From positions 704,001 to 768,000 of the forward strand of contig JBEPZY010000001.1 in NCBI GenBank assembly GCA_041640595.1: DNA of 64,000 bases. The letters are read 5' to 3'. The translations under genes were made by a program, and so were the position numbers. The notes under the pieces were generated by a model. That model was not told the origin of the DNA. It saw only the letters and a list, made by a program, of their open reading frames with translations, and ran no database searches. This DNA comes from Gemmatales bacterium (lineage in GTDB: Bacteria > Planctomycetota > Planctomycetia > Gemmatales > HRBIN36). Shown piece after piece: positions 10,510 through 20,685 of the stretch (the first letter of the stretch is position 1; each line of letters begins with the position of its first letter).

Positions 10510-11049
10510 GTGCTGCTGTGTCGTCCGCGGGTGGCTGATCTGCTTTTCTGCGTCTATAATCGGGCGTTGCACCCCGAGCTGTTTGACGTTTTGTCCACTC
10601 ACCGGCTGGAGCGGTCAGATTTTTTGCTGCATGTGTGGATTACCTGCAGTGGGCACGTCTTGACCTGGACCGACGGTAAACGCCAATTGACGGAAGTTGT
10701 GGCGTCGCAACAGGATACGTTACCGGAACAGTGGTTGGTGCGTATGCCCTTACGCGGAGAACGTCAGGCGGAAGTCGCAGAACTACCCGGAGTTCGCTAT
10801 CAGGCCAGTTTCCAGGAGGAACGCCTGCCCCAGGAAGTGTTCGTGCAGGTACATGATGAGATTGTCCAGGACGGGCAGACAGAGGGCATCCTCATTCAAT
10901 TGGGAGCCGGTGGCCGCATGGCTGTTGTCCCAGTTAGTTATCTCAACCCGCAAGCTCGCCCTCGTTCGCTCCTGGTTTACGCATTCCACACTTTCCCGGA
11001 CGAATACACAATAGTCAAAACCCAGACGTTGATCGAATCCGTGCCCTAG
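10510..11049 (+). CDS. DUF2617 family protein
   Basis: RPRVADL...RALHPELF...AFHTFPDEYTIVKTQTLIE resembles planctomycete DUF2617 proteins; GTG start assumed. Confidence 0.65.
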   Translation: MLLCRPRVADLLFCVYNRALHPELFDVLSTHRLERSDFLLHVWITCSGHVLTWTDGKRQLTEVVASQQDTLPEQWLVRMPLRGERQAEVAELPGVRYQASFQEERLPQEVFVQVHDEIVQDGQTEGILIQLGAGGRMAVVPVSYLNPQARPRSLLVYAFHTFPDEYTIVKTQTLIESVP

Positions 11050-11055
11050 GCAGTC

Positions 11056-11967
11056 ATGCTGAAAATTACGCTACGCACCGCCCTTACCGTTCCACTGGAA
11101 GCCGAATGCATTCGGCCGGATAGCCTGTGCCATCTAAAACCGGCTGAGATTTTGCAACAGCCTGTCTGGTACGGTAATCGAGAGGAGAAACTGGGGGATT
11201 TTTTTGACGTGCAGGGCAGCGGGGAAGATGGAGAAATTCATATCGAGGGAGATTTGTCCAAAGTGAAATGGTTGGGCGCCCACATGACAGCGGGCCGGCT
11301 GATCGTGCATGGGCCGGTCGGTATGCATCTCGGTTCTCAAATGCGCGGTGGCAGCATTGAAGTATTCGGCTCGGTTTCCGACTGGCTCGGCGCGGAAATG
11401 CGTGCCGGGAAAATTCATGTCCACGGTAATGCGGGGCACCTTGTTGGCGCGGCGTATCGTGGCAGTCGGGCTGGCATGCGGGGTGGCGTCATTCTTGTCG
11501 AAGGGAACGCGGGCACCGAAGTCGGACACGGTTTACGGCGGGGTCTGATCGTGATCGGCGGTGACGTTGGCGATTTTTGCGGTGTCAATCTGATTGCCGG
11601 CACCGTCTGCGTTTTTGGCCGGGTGGGCTGGCGTGCTGGAGCAGGTCTCAAACGCGGCAGCATTGTCCTGTTCAACCAGGACAGCGGTTTTCGGCCATTG
11701 CCAACGTACCGTCTCAGCGGCGTCTATGAACTGGTGTGGCTACGCATTCTGGCCAGGCAGTTCGCGTTCTGGCGGTTCCGTCCGGCTGCGCTCGCTGGTG
11801 AGCAACAAGAAGGTAATGGCGTGGGACACGCTGCACAACCTAACGCCCACGCATCCGACACAAACTTGTCCGAACGGCTTCTGGAGCTATGTTCTGGCCG
11901 GTTCTGCCGCTACTGCGGGGATTTTGCAGAACTGCCCAAAGGCGAAATTTTGCAACGAACATCATAA
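11056..11967 (+). CDS. fwdC: Formylmethanofuran dehydrogenase subunit C (FwdC/FhcC)
   Basis: PLEAECIRPD start, GxGxG beta-helix repeats (LGAEMRAGKIHVHGNAG), C-terminal GD...KGEIL. Confidence 0.9.
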   Translation: MLKITLRTALTVPLEAECIRPDSLCHLKPAEILQQPVWYGNREEKLGDFFDVQGSGEDGEIHIEGDLSKVKWLGAHMTAGRLIVHGPVGMHLGSQMRGGSIEVFGSVSDWLGAEMRAGKIHVHGNAGHLVGAAYRGSRAGMRGGVILVEGNAGTEVGHGLRRGLIVIGGDVGDFCGVNLIAGTVCVFGRVGWRAGAGLKRGSIVLFNQDSGFRPLPTYRLSGVYELVWLRILARQFAFWRFRPAALAGEQQEGNGVGHAAQPNAHASDTNLSERLLELCSGRFCRYCGDFAELPKGEILQRTS

Positions 11968-12624
11968 GATGCCGTAACGAGCAAAGGTTTCTCGAACGCT
12001 TTTACCAGCCGCCAGTTCATCTCGTACCCGATTTTCACCGGTTACCTTCGCCAGAGCCAGCTGCAGTGCCCGTTCGGCCAGCGTAAGCGGCACGACCACA
12101 ATTCCGTCGAAGTCAGCAAAAACGATGTCGCCAGGGTGAATCATACACTCACCTATCAGAACCGGTCCGTTCATGTATAGCCCTTGCAGCCTACCTTTGG
12201 AATCGAGCGGACAGAATCCAGCCGCGAACACGGGAAAATCGAGGCGGAGAATTTTCTCAACATCCCGCGTCAAGCCGTCCGTGACGACGCCTGCAGCGCC
12301 ACGTGCTTTACAGGCTGTCGAAAGTAACTCGCCCCACAAGGCACAACTGGTATCATTGCGGGTACTGGCCAGTAACACATCTCCCGGTTGGAGCTGATCT
12401 ACGCATTCCATTTCCAGGGCGTATGGGATCTCCGGCATTTCCGTGGCAGGGCCCAGCGCCAGTGTTACGGCACGACCGACAATTCGCCAGTGAGGTGCGA
12501 GCGGGCGAATATAGTGGGGCAGGGCACTCGTGCGATGTCCGAGCGTATCCAGAACATCCGCCAGCACCGCACTGTATAACACGGACACATGGCGACGATA
12601 CTCGGCCAGCACGGAGTCGTTCAT
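11962..12624 (-). CDS. RraA family / HMG-aldolase-like protein
   Basis: ALWGELLSTACKARGAAGVVTDGLTRD and IHPGDIVFADFDGIVVVP motifs. Confidence 0.85.
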   Translation of the reverse strand: MNDSVLAEYRRHVSVLYSAVLADVLDTLGHRTSALPHYIRPLAPHWRIVGRAVTLALGPATEMPEIPYALEMECVDQLQPGDVLLASTRNDTSCALWGELLSTACKARGAAGVVTDGLTRDVEKILRLDFPVFAAGFCPLDSKGRLQGLYMNGPVLIGECMIHPGDIVFADFDGIVVVPLTLAERALQLALAKVTGENRVRDELAAGKSVRETFARYGIL

Positions 12625-12730
12625 GACCTGCCCCTCTTTTTGCAAGTTGGTCTGGTCAGATGCCATGCGGATAGAATATTCACGTGCAGGTTGCTGCCAA
12701 CGGATGTATCGCACAAACACACGAATGAAT

Positions 12731-13081
12731 ATGGCGGAAACTTTTGTGCTCATTGCTGGCCGTACCTCGCGGCAAGGGACCAGCCTGAACGAGAGCAAAT
12801 TCGGTAAGGAATATCTGGAGGAGACCCACACGCTGTGGATGAACAGTGCTGACCTGGCTGAGCTGGGCTTGAAACCTGGAAGTCGTGTGCGAATTCGCAG
12901 CCAGTGGGGTAGTGCGGAGGTGATTGTACAGGTGGACAAACGAGGAGAACTGCCGCGGGGTGTGGTTTTCATCGCCTACGGGGATGCGTCCAGCCGACTC
13001 ATGGGGGGCGACACTCACGGGACAGGGATGCCGGATAGCAAAGGAATCGATGTAACCATCGAACCGCTGCCAGCTAGCTGA
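12731..13081 (+). CDS. fwdD: Formylmethanofuran dehydrogenase subunit D (molybdopterin-dinucleotide-binding)
   Basis: LIAGRTSRQG...MNSADLAELGL...GVVFIAYG...THGTGMPDSKGI; immediately upstream of fwdB. Confidence 0.85.
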   Translation: MAETFVLIAGRTSRQGTSLNESKFGKEYLEETHTLWMNSADLAELGLKPGSRVRIRSQWGSAEVIVQVDKRGELPRGVVFIAYGDASSRLMGGDTHGTGMPDSKGIDVTIEPLPAS

Positions 13082-13117
13082 AGTTTTGGACCGGCTTCCC
13101 GATAACAGGAGACGACC

Positions 13118-14443
13118 ATGAGCGCCACGCTGACGGATATACGAATCGTTGAAAACGCGACGTGTACGTTTTGCGGCTGCGTGTGCGACGATATGGTTTT
13201 GAAGGTGCAGGGCGACCGCATTGTGGAAGCGAAAAACGCCTGTGTGCTGGGAAAAGCCTGGTTCCTGAGCCATCACGGCGAAGATCGGCCGGTGGCACTC
13301 ATTGAAGGCCAACCAGCCAGCCTGGAAGAGGCGGTGGAGCGTGCCGCGGAAATACTTGTTAAGGCCAGGTATCCGGTCGTTTACGGGCTATCGGACACCA
13401 CCTGCGAAGCTCAGCGTATAGCGGTGGCGATCGCCGACTGGATTGGCGGCTGCGTTGATACTACCACGTCGGTTTGTCACGGACCGTCCGGAATGGCGTT
13501 TCAAGGAGTGGGTGAGGTAACCTGTTCGCTGGGCGAGGTCAAGAATCGCGCCGATCTGGTGGTCTTCTGGGGTTGCAATCCGGCGGAATCGCACCCGCGA
13601 CACATGACCCGATACTCGACCATGCCCCGTGGTTTATTCGTTCCGAACGGCCGCAAAGATCGGACTGTGGTGCTTGTGGACGTTCGACGCACCAAGACCG
13701 CTCCAGCAGCGGACATTTTCCTGCAAATCAAGCCGCGCAGGGATTTCGAAGCTCTCTGGGCACTTCGAGCCCTGATCAAAGGATATTCTCCGGGTCCTTC
13801 CATTGAGGAAGAAACGGGCATTTCGTTAGCGCAACTACAGGACTTGGCTCAGCGAATGAAATCGTGCAAGTTTGGCGTGCTCTTTTTCGGTATGGGTTTA
13901 TCCATGACTCGGGGCAAACACCTCAACGTAGAGGCGGCCCTGGCACTCGCTCGCGATTTGAACCAGTACACCAAGTTTTACATCAAACCAATGCGTGGTC
14001 ATGGGAACGTGACTGGAGCAGATAATGTCGTCAGCTGGCAGACCGGTTATCCTTTTGGTGTGAATCTGGCCCGGGGTTATCCGCGATTTAATCCGGGGGA
14101 ATACACGACCGCCGATCTGCTAGCCCGAGGCGAAGCAGACGCGGCATTGATTATTGCTTCCGACCCCATGGCTAATTTCTCGGAGCCGGCCCGAGAACAT
14201 TTGCGCCGGATTCCGTATATCGCCCTGGATCCTAAAGAGACCCCCACCACGCGACACGCTACCGTCGCTTTCACGACGGCGGTATATGGCATCAACGTGG
14301 CAGGCACGGTTTATCGCATGGACGATGTACCGATTCGCCTGCGACCGGCCATTCCGTCGCCGTATCCGAGTGACGAAGAAGTCCTGCGACGCCTGGAGCG
14401 CCGCATTAGGCAATTACTCGGAGTCGGCACACAAAAAGCATAA
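13118..14443 (+). CDS. fwdB: Formylmethanofuran dehydrogenase subunit B (Mo/W catalytic subunit)
   Basis: CTFCGCVCDD Fe-S motif, TTSVCHGPS ligand motif, LGEVKNRADLVVFWGCNP..SHPRH, MRGHGNV, YRMDDVP. Confidence 0.92.
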   Translation: MSATLTDIRIVENATCTFCGCVCDDMVLKVQGDRIVEAKNACVLGKAWFLSHHGEDRPVALIEGQPASLEEAVERAAEILVKARYPVVYGLSDTTCEAQRIAVAIADWIGGCVDTTTSVCHGPSGMAFQGVGEVTCSLGEVKNRADLVVFWGCNPAESHPRHMTRYSTMPRGLFVPNGRKDRTVVLVDVRRTKTAPAADIFLQIKPRRDFEALWALRALIKGYSPGPSIEEETGISLAQLQDLAQRMKSCKFGVLFFGMGLSMTRGKHLNVEAALALARDLNQYTKFYIKPMRGHGNVTGADNVVSWQTGYPFGVNLARGYPRFNPGEYTTADLLARGEADAALIIASDPMANFSEPAREHLRRIPYIALDPKETPTTRHATVAFTTAVYGINVAGTVYRMDDVPIRLRPAIPSPYPSDEEVLRRLERRIRQLLGVGTQKA

Positions 14444-14453
14444 ACGCGGAAGT

Positions 14454-14969
14454 ATGGCTATGAATGAGGCAGCAAGTCATCAGTCGCAATCATCCCATGA
14501 AATAACTGCCACGGAGCCGGTGACCGGGCAGCCCAGGGAAAAGACATCGCGGCGTCGGGGCAGGAAAACTGTGCTCGTGGCCTTCAAGGTCGAGCAGGAG
14601 TTGGCGCGTGTGCTCGACCAGTTGCCGAACAAAAGCGATTTCATTCGTCGGGCTATCATCGCCCAGTTGAACATGGCGTGTCCGTTGTGCGAAGGGACGG
14701 GCGTCTTGCCGCGCGGATTGCATGACCATTATGTAGCGCACCTGCGGGAGATAGCTCAACGCAACTGCGAACGATGCGGGAGAAGCGAACCATTACCCGC
14801 CTCGCCAGCCGAAATCCCTGCCGAGGACAGACCTAGGTTAGAGCAGTTCTTTTTCGGGGGTCCGTTTTACTGCCACAACTGTTATGATACTGCTCCTGCC
14901 TGTGACGATTGCGGCTGGCATATTGCTCCCGAACAGGCACGTCAGCATCAGCACGAACATAAACGCTAA
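14454..14969 (+). CDS. Ribbon-helix-helix protein with multiple CxxC pairs
   Basis: VLVAFKVEQELARVLDQLPNKSDFIRRAI (RHH-like), then CPLC, CERC, CHNC, CDDC. Confidence 0.65.
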   Translation: MAMNEAASHQSQSSHEITATEPVTGQPREKTSRRRGRKTVLVAFKVEQELARVLDQLPNKSDFIRRAIIAQLNMACPLCEGTGVLPRGLHDHYVAHLREIAQRNCERCGRSEPLPASPAEIPAEDRPRLEQFFFGGPFYCHNCYDTAPACDDCGWHIAPEQARQHQHEHKR

Positions 14970-15086
14970 CCGGTTTTTCACGATAGCACCTGCGCAGGAT
15001 AAGGCACACCGTGGTTTTCGCATCTGGCCAGGGTTGCGATAGAACCACCAAACGGACGTGCAAACCACACCAAACTCACCTTCCGT

Positions 15087-15824
15087 TCACGCCTCCGATG
15101 CGTCCAGAGTAATCCGGTACTCCACTGCCTGGGGCGAATGAAGCAAGGCGCGCAGATAGCACGGAGCCGCAGACGGTAGTTGCAAAGGCTGCAATATCCA
15201 ATGGCTGTCGGACGTTTGGCAGTGTGCTACCAGCGTGTAACCACGCCCGCCCAGGATTAGCCGGGAACCTTCTATTTTGGGTGCATCGCTAGGGCGACTG
15301 AGCGCTACTGGAATTTGCAAGCGAAAGCCGGGGATCGTCCACTGCATCCGGCAAACGTATTCCAGCCCACTTGGTGCCAGTGAGAAAAATTCCTCGATGA
15401 CAGGGCCAGCGTAAAGTTTCCAGGTCACACTCCACGACAGGAACTGGCCAGACTCCTGCTCGATGTCGAGCCACGCATCGTACCAGCTGGCAGGCAAGCC
15501 GGCCAGAGGTATCCACGAACCATCAGCCTCACGGTAAAGAGGACCAAGAGCAATGGCATTGGTGTTGACGCTGTCCGGAGCCAGGTCTTCTGAAGTCCGC
15601 AAGGACGAAGTGTCCCAGAAAGGCACCTGGTTACCGAAAGCAAAATGCACTACCCCCAGTGGTGTGTCGCTCGTTTCTCGTTGAAGAACCAACACCAGGC
15701 GATAAAAACCAGAAGCGGCTCGTAAGTAGCGTGGCTCGGAGATAGTGCCTTCGACAAGCAGGCGGTCAGGCTCAAAGGCTATACTCATGGGATCGGTTTG
15801 ACGAGCTTCCTGGTACTGCGACAT
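15087..15824 (-). CDS. Hypothetical protein
   Basis: 245-aa ORF codirectional with the kor operon; no recognisable motif. Confidence 0.55.
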   Translation of the reverse strand: MSQYQEARQTDPMSIAFEPDRLLVEGTISEPRYLRAASGFYRLVLVLQRETSDTPLGVVHFAFGNQVPFWDTSSLRTSEDLAPDSVNTNAIALGPLYREADGSWIPLAGLPASWYDAWLDIEQESGQFLSWSVTWKLYAGPVIEEFFSLAPSGLEYVCRMQWTIPGFRLQIPVALSRPSDAPKIEGSRLILGGRGYTLVAHCQTSDSHWILQPLQLPSAAPCYLRALLHSPQAVEYRITLDASEA

Positions 15825-15931
15825 TCAGACATTTGTGCTCCAAGGCTCCGATAGGGTAACTGATACAATTAGCTGCGGAGTGCGGATAAAAGAGTCGCAA
15901 ATCCGAAGGGTTGCCTCAAGCCCGGCCATGA

Positions 15932-16438
15932 CTATAAGTAGTTCGCTACAAACCGCAAAATGTCCCGAGCCGAAATTACTCCCAGCGGTCGTTCTTTACG
16001 GACTACCGGCAGATGGCGATAGTCGCCAGCATCCATCTTATGGACTGCGAACAACACCGGATGGTCGGGGTGAACGGTTTCCGGGTTGGGAGTCATGAAC
16101 ATACTGACCGGCAAATTTTCGAATTGTTCGTGTTGTCCGACCACACGCATCAACAAATCGCGCTCACTGAATATGCCAACAATTTGCCCGGCGTCATTAA
16201 CGACCAGGACAGCACCGATAGAAAAATCCACCATGCGGCGGATAGCTTCTCGTACCGGGGTATTGGGCAAGACGGTAACCGGTTTCTGGGGACGCAATTG
16301 CTTGATTTTCGTGTCCATCAAGGCCTGGCTCAGTTCATCGCGGGGTTGCGGCATGTCCAGCGGAGTCAATGGTTGCCCGCAGTACATACAACTCTCTTCG
16401 CCAGGCAGGTTGTCGTAGCCGCAAAAAGGGCAAATCAC
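15932..16438 (-). CDS. CBS-pair protein with N-terminal zinc ribbon
   Basis: CPFCGYDNLPGEESCMYCG, then GIFSERDLL, MTPNPETV, YRHLPVV. SD GGAGG. Confidence 0.88.
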   Translation of the reverse strand: MICPFCGYDNLPGEESCMYCGQPLTPLDMPQPRDELSQALMDTKIKQLRPQKPVTVLPNTPVREAIRRMVDFSIGAVLVVNDAGQIVGIFSERDLLMRVVGQHEQFENLPVSMFMTPNPETVHPDHPVLFAVHKMDAGDYRHLPVVRKERPLGVISARDILRFVANYL

Positions 16439-16544
16439 AGAAACACCTCCGCAGCACTGTCTATTACCCGGCAGCGCTTGACGCTACCGAGTAGATGGGC
16501 GTTGCTGCACAGTATATGAGACGAACGTGTTTGCTCGCTTGGAG

Positions 16545-17597
16545 TTAATCCTGGGCCGCGGGTCCGTTGGCTTCGCTTTCTTCCACCACCCAGATGTCAT
16601 CGCTCTGGAAAAGCTCTTCGAGTTTGCCCCGACCTTTGGCCTTGATGACATCCTCCACCTGCCGATTGAGCAATTCCTCAAAGGTTGGGCGTTCAATGGC
16701 GCGGAACACACCCACTGGCTCGGGAAATTGGGGATAGTACATGCGGCTAAGAATAAAGGCCAGGGTCGGCTCGGCTGCCTTCTCGTCGTGGATGACCAGA
16801 TCGTCCACACTGATTCCCTTGCCCAGTTCCACGACCTCCGGCTCCAGCCCGTTCAGTCGAATCCCCTTGTCACGTTGCTTTCCGAAAATAAGCGGTTTAC
16901 CGTGCTCCAGGTACAAAATATGGTCTGCTTTGACCTCTTTATCGGTCAGATATTCGAAGACACCATCGTTGAAAACCTTGCAGTTCTGATAGACCTCGAC
17001 AAAAGCCGACCCCTTATGCAGAGCCGCGCGACGAAGGGTATCGGTAAGGTGATTGATGTCCACGTCCACAGTGCGTGCTACAAAGGTTGCTTCCGCAGCC
17101 AGGGCCACGGTAATCGGTCGGATGGGGTTTTCCACCGAACCGAGTGGACTCGATTTGGTGCGGGTTCCCAATCGGGAAGTCGGCGAGTACTGCCCCTTGG
17201 TCAAGCCGTAAATTTCATTATTGAACAGCACAATCTTGATATCCACATTGCGGCGCAGCGCGTGCAGGAGGTGATTGCCCCCGATAGAAAGACCGTCACC
17301 GTCGCCGGTAATCACCCAGACCAGCAAATCCGGCCGGGCTACCTTCAGCCCAGTGGCGAACGTGGGCGCCCGACCATGAATGGTGTGGAATCCATAGGTG
17401 TTCATGTAATAAGGAAAGCGGCTGGAGCAGCCGATACCGGAGATGAACACAAATTTCTCTCGCGGAATGCCCAGCGAGGCACAGACCTTTTTCATCTGCG
17501 CCAGAATGGAATAATCACCGCATCCCGGGCACCAGCGGACGTCCTGGTCGCTGGCAAAATCCTTCGCAGTTAGTGTAGGTAGCGTTGCAGTAGGCAT
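16545..17597 (-). CDS. korB: 2-oxoacid:ferredoxin oxidoreductase beta subunit
   Basis: WCPGCGD, SGIGCSSR, TPP motif GDGD...NNEIYGLTKGQ. Confidence 0.93.
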   Translation of the reverse strand: MPTATLPTLTAKDFASDQDVRWCPGCGDYSILAQMKKVCASLGIPREKFVFISGIGCSSRFPYYMNTYGFHTIHGRAPTFATGLKVARPDLLVWVITGDGDGLSIGGNHLLHALRRNVDIKIVLFNNEIYGLTKGQYSPTSRLGTRTKSSPLGSVENPIRPITVALAAEATFVARTVDVDINHLTDTLRRAALHKGSAFVEVYQNCKVFNDGVFEYLTDKEVKADHILYLEHGKPLIFGKQRDKGIRLNGLEPEVVELGKGISVDDLVIHDEKAAEPTLAFILSRMYYPQFPEPVGVFRAIERPTFEELLNRQVEDVIKAKGRGKLEELFQSDDIWVVEESEANGPAAQD

Positions 17598-17763
17598 GGT
17601 CGTCTCTCGCAGTCACCGGTCCGGGCACTGTTCACAGTACCCTATTCTGGTAAGCCTGAGTCTGTTGGACAATTGATCATCAGAAGCGACGTCTGGTTCC
17701 GCGTATTAACCCGGCCGCACCTTAGTGTTCTGATATTGCCGGCCGTTTCAGTCCCCGGCCGTT

Positions 17764-19644
17764 TCAGACGCGGAGAAGTTCGTGGATTTTTTCCTCGATC
17801 TCGCTGACCAGGAATGGCCGGCCCTGAATCTTATTCAATCCGACGCAGTCAACGAGATAACGTCCCTGCAGAAGCAGGCGTAGCTGGCCGGTATTAAGTT
17901 CCGGGACCAGTACGCGCTTATAACGCCGCAACACTTCTCCCGTGTTCTTCGGCATCGGATTGAGATAACGTAACTGGGCACAGGCCACGCTCAGTCCTTT
18001 TCGTTGAGCACGTTCCACGGCAGCCATGATAGCACCATACGTGCTACCCCAACTGATCACCAGCAGGTCGCCGCTCTCCGGGCCTTTGACGCTCAAAGGT
18101 GGGATTTCGTTAGCGATATTGGCAATTTTCTGAGCCCGTGTTCGCACCATGTGCTCGTGATTGAGCGGGTCGTAACTGACGTTACCCGTTACATCTTCCT
18201 TTTCCAACCCTCCGATGCGGTGTTCCAGGCCCGGTGTGCCTGGCAATGCCCAGGGTCGCACCAGCCGCTCATCCCGTTTGTAGGGCATAAACTGACCATC
18301 ATGATTCGGCTCGGTCGGGTGCCGAATTTCGATTTTTGGCAACTCTTCAAGCTTGGGAATGGGCCAGGGTTCTGCCGAGTTCGCCAGATAACCATCCGAG
18401 AGGAAGATGACCGGTGTCATGAACCGAACTGCCAGGCGAACGGCCTCCATAATCATGGTGAAGCACTCCGCCGGGGAAGCAGGGGCGACTACGGCTAGCG
18501 GAGATTCACCGTTGCGACCGAACAGGGCCTGCAACAAGTCGGCCTGCTCGGTTTTGGTGGGCATGCCCGTGCTGGGGCCCGCTCGCTGAACGTCTATCAC
18601 GACCACGGGAAGCTCTGCCATAACCGCCAGGTTGATGGCCTCCGATTTCAGGCACAAACCCGGCCCACTGGTTCCCGTTACGCCGAGAGCACCGCCGAAC
18701 GACGCACCGATAGCGCAACCCACGGCAGCTATTTCGTCCTCGGCCTGGATGGTGATTACGCCATACCGCTTCATCTCCGCCAGCGTGTGCAATATGTCAC
18801 TGGCTGGTGTAATAGGATAGCTGCAATAGACCAGGGTCTTGCCAGTGATTTGCGAGACGGCCACCAAACCCAGAGCCGTAGCTTCGTTCCCTGTGATTTT
18901 GCGATACCGACCTGGAGCAATTCGGGCCCTGGGCACGCGATACTGCACCGGTAACTCTTCGAGGGTCTCACCATAGTGATAGCCGGCTTTCAGAGCCCGA
19001 ATATTAGCTTCCATGACCGCAGGATTGCGGGCAAATTTTTCGCGAATCCAGCGAAGCGTCGGTTCGAGTGGACGCTCATAGAGCCAGTAAACCAGACCCA
19101 GAACGAAGAAGTTGCGGCAACGATCCACCTCGCGGGGACTGAGCTTGAGGTCGCTAAGAGCCTCCCGATTCAGACGAGTAATGGGCACCGCCAGCAGGCG
19201 ATACTTTTTCAGGCTGCCATCTTCCAGCGGGTTGGTTTTATAACCGGCTTTCTGCAGATCGCTGGTGGTAAAGGAATCCGAATTGACAATCAGAATGCCG
19301 CCTTCTTCCAGGTCTTTGATGTTGGTTTTGAGAGCGGCGGGATTCATTGCTACCAGAGCATTGACCCGATCGCCAGGGGTGTAAATGTCATAGCTGCTGA
19401 AATGAATCTGGTAACCGCTGACACCCGCTAAAGAACCTGCTGGTGCTCGAATTTCCGCAGGGAAGTCAGGAAGCGTGCTGATGTCGTTCCCGAACACCGC
19501 AGAGGCGTTGCTAAACTGCGTGCCCGCCAGTTGCATACCGTCGCCGGAGTCTCCAGCGAAGCGAACAACAACCTCGGGGCGCTCTTCAATTCGGTAGGAT
19601 TTAGTCCGATCGGGTTTGGTTGTCGCTTCCACAGTCGCGCTCAT
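17764..19644 (-). CDS. korA: 2-oxoacid:ferredoxin oxidoreductase alpha subunit (gamma-alpha fusion)
   Basis: [43 protein letters not shown]. Confidence 0.93.
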   Translation of the reverse strand: MSATVEATTKPDRTKSYRIEERPEVVVRFAGDSGDGMQLAGTQFSNASAVFGNDISTLPDFPAEIRAPAGSLAGVSGYQIHFSSYDIYTPGDRVNALVAMNPAALKTNIKDLEEGGILIVNSDSFTTSDLQKAGYKTNPLEDGSLKKYRLLAVPITRLNREALSDLKLSPREVDRCRNFFVLGLVYWLYERPLEPTLRWIREKFARNPAVMEANIRALKAGYHYGETLEELPVQYRVPRARIAPGRYRKITGNEATALGLVAVSQITGKTLVYCSYPITPASDILHTLAEMKRYGVITIQAEDEIAAVGCAIGASFGGALGVTGTSGPGLCLKSEAINLAVMAELPVVVIDVQRAGPSTGMPTKTEQADLLQALFGRNGESPLAVVAPASPAECFTMIMEAVRLAVRFMTPVIFLSDGYLANSAEPWPIPKLEELPKIEIRHPTEPNHDGQFMPYKRDERLVRPWALPGTPGLEHRIGGLEKEDVTGNVSYDPLNHEHMVRTRAQKIANIANEIPPLSVKGPESGDLLVISWGSTYGAIMAAVERAQRKGLSVACAQLRYLNPMPKNTGEVLRRYKRVLVPELNTGQLRLLLQGRYLVDCVGLNKIQGRPFLVSEIEEKIHELLRV

Positions 19645-19780
19645 GGGTCTTTCACTCCTCAAGACGACTTCGGCTGGCCAGGATTGCCGGCTCAAGCCTT
19701 TGCGTCCTTCTAATCCATCTTACGCTTGGCCAGGCGATAAATCTCTCTCTGCTGCGAAAATTTGGTGCTGCATCTGCGAT

Positions 19781-20251
19781 TCAGCCCCCGTATTCCTGCT
19801 GCACCTGATTAGGATCGGGTGGCTGATTATAGACCAGGTCAGGCATGTGTTCTGCAATGTAGCGCAAAATCCGCTTTATGGACAGGATGGCAATTGGAAA
19901 ACCGGCCTCGTTGACCACGGGCAGGTGGCGATAACCGCCGTGCTGCATTCGTCGCAACGCGATCCCGATGGTTTCGTTATCGCGCACCGTGACCGGATTC
20001 GGCGTCATGCACTCGCGCAGGGCAACATTGAGCGGTTTTCCCGTTGCGACCACTCGCCGCAGCAGATCCCGTTCGGTGAAAATTCCGATCAGTTGCCCAT
20101 CCTGACAAATGAGAACACAGCCAGTGCGATTTTCCTGCATACGCCGCACCGCTTCGCGGACAGTGTCCGCCGGTCGCAACAGCAACGGTTTCTGCAGGTC
20201 GGTCAACTGGCCGACTTTTTCGCTACGCAAGTTGCGGTCAAGTAACGGCAT
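19781..20251 (-). CDS. CBS domain protein
   Basis: GIFTERDLLRR, MTPNPVTV, GYRHLPVV. Confidence 0.9.
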   Translation of the reverse strand: MPLLDRNLRSEKVGQLTDLQKPLLLRPADTVREAVRRMQENRTGCVLICQDGQLIGIFTERDLLRRVVATGKPLNVALRECMTPNPVTVRDNETIGIALRRMQHGGYRHLPVVNEAGFPIAILSIKRILRYIAEHMPDLVYNQPPDPNQVQQEYGG

Positions 20252-20685
20252 GATGAAGCTCGTCCCCTTACAACCGTTCCGGCTTATCCAATCCGTTCCC
20301 TCTAGTCAAGGATACCACCATCCGTCCGTGCGAGCCTCCCCATCAGCAGCCAAGTCCATTATTCCGATGCCGTCGCTTGCGACAGCCTTGCTTTGGCGGT
20401 ATCCTCGTAATGGACACTATATGACTTTTTCTCGGCAGAGTAAGCGCCAGGCTCAAATTTTGTTTGAGCGGGAATACCCGCAAAGCCTGCGATGTTTATC
20501 CAAATCCCAATAATATCCGGGAAAAACGCCTCGCCCCCTTGACGCTAGAGAACCAACCGGCTTTTCTCCGGTACCGAAGAAGGAGGCAGGTTTGGACAAA
20601 AGCGAACAATTGAGCTTCCCATAATTGCGACGGTTTGATACTGTCTGGCGGCTGTTCTTCCGACACGGCAAAAGGGAATGCTGAC

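Noticed and set aside
13079..13118. fwdD-fwdB fusion through TGA
   Set aside because: An in-frame TAA follows before the fwdB start.
16527..17573. Long antisense ORFs (also 338..937, 48313..49557, 51334..52338, 61235..62242)
   Set aside because: Shadow frames opposite well-supported genes in GC-rich DNA.
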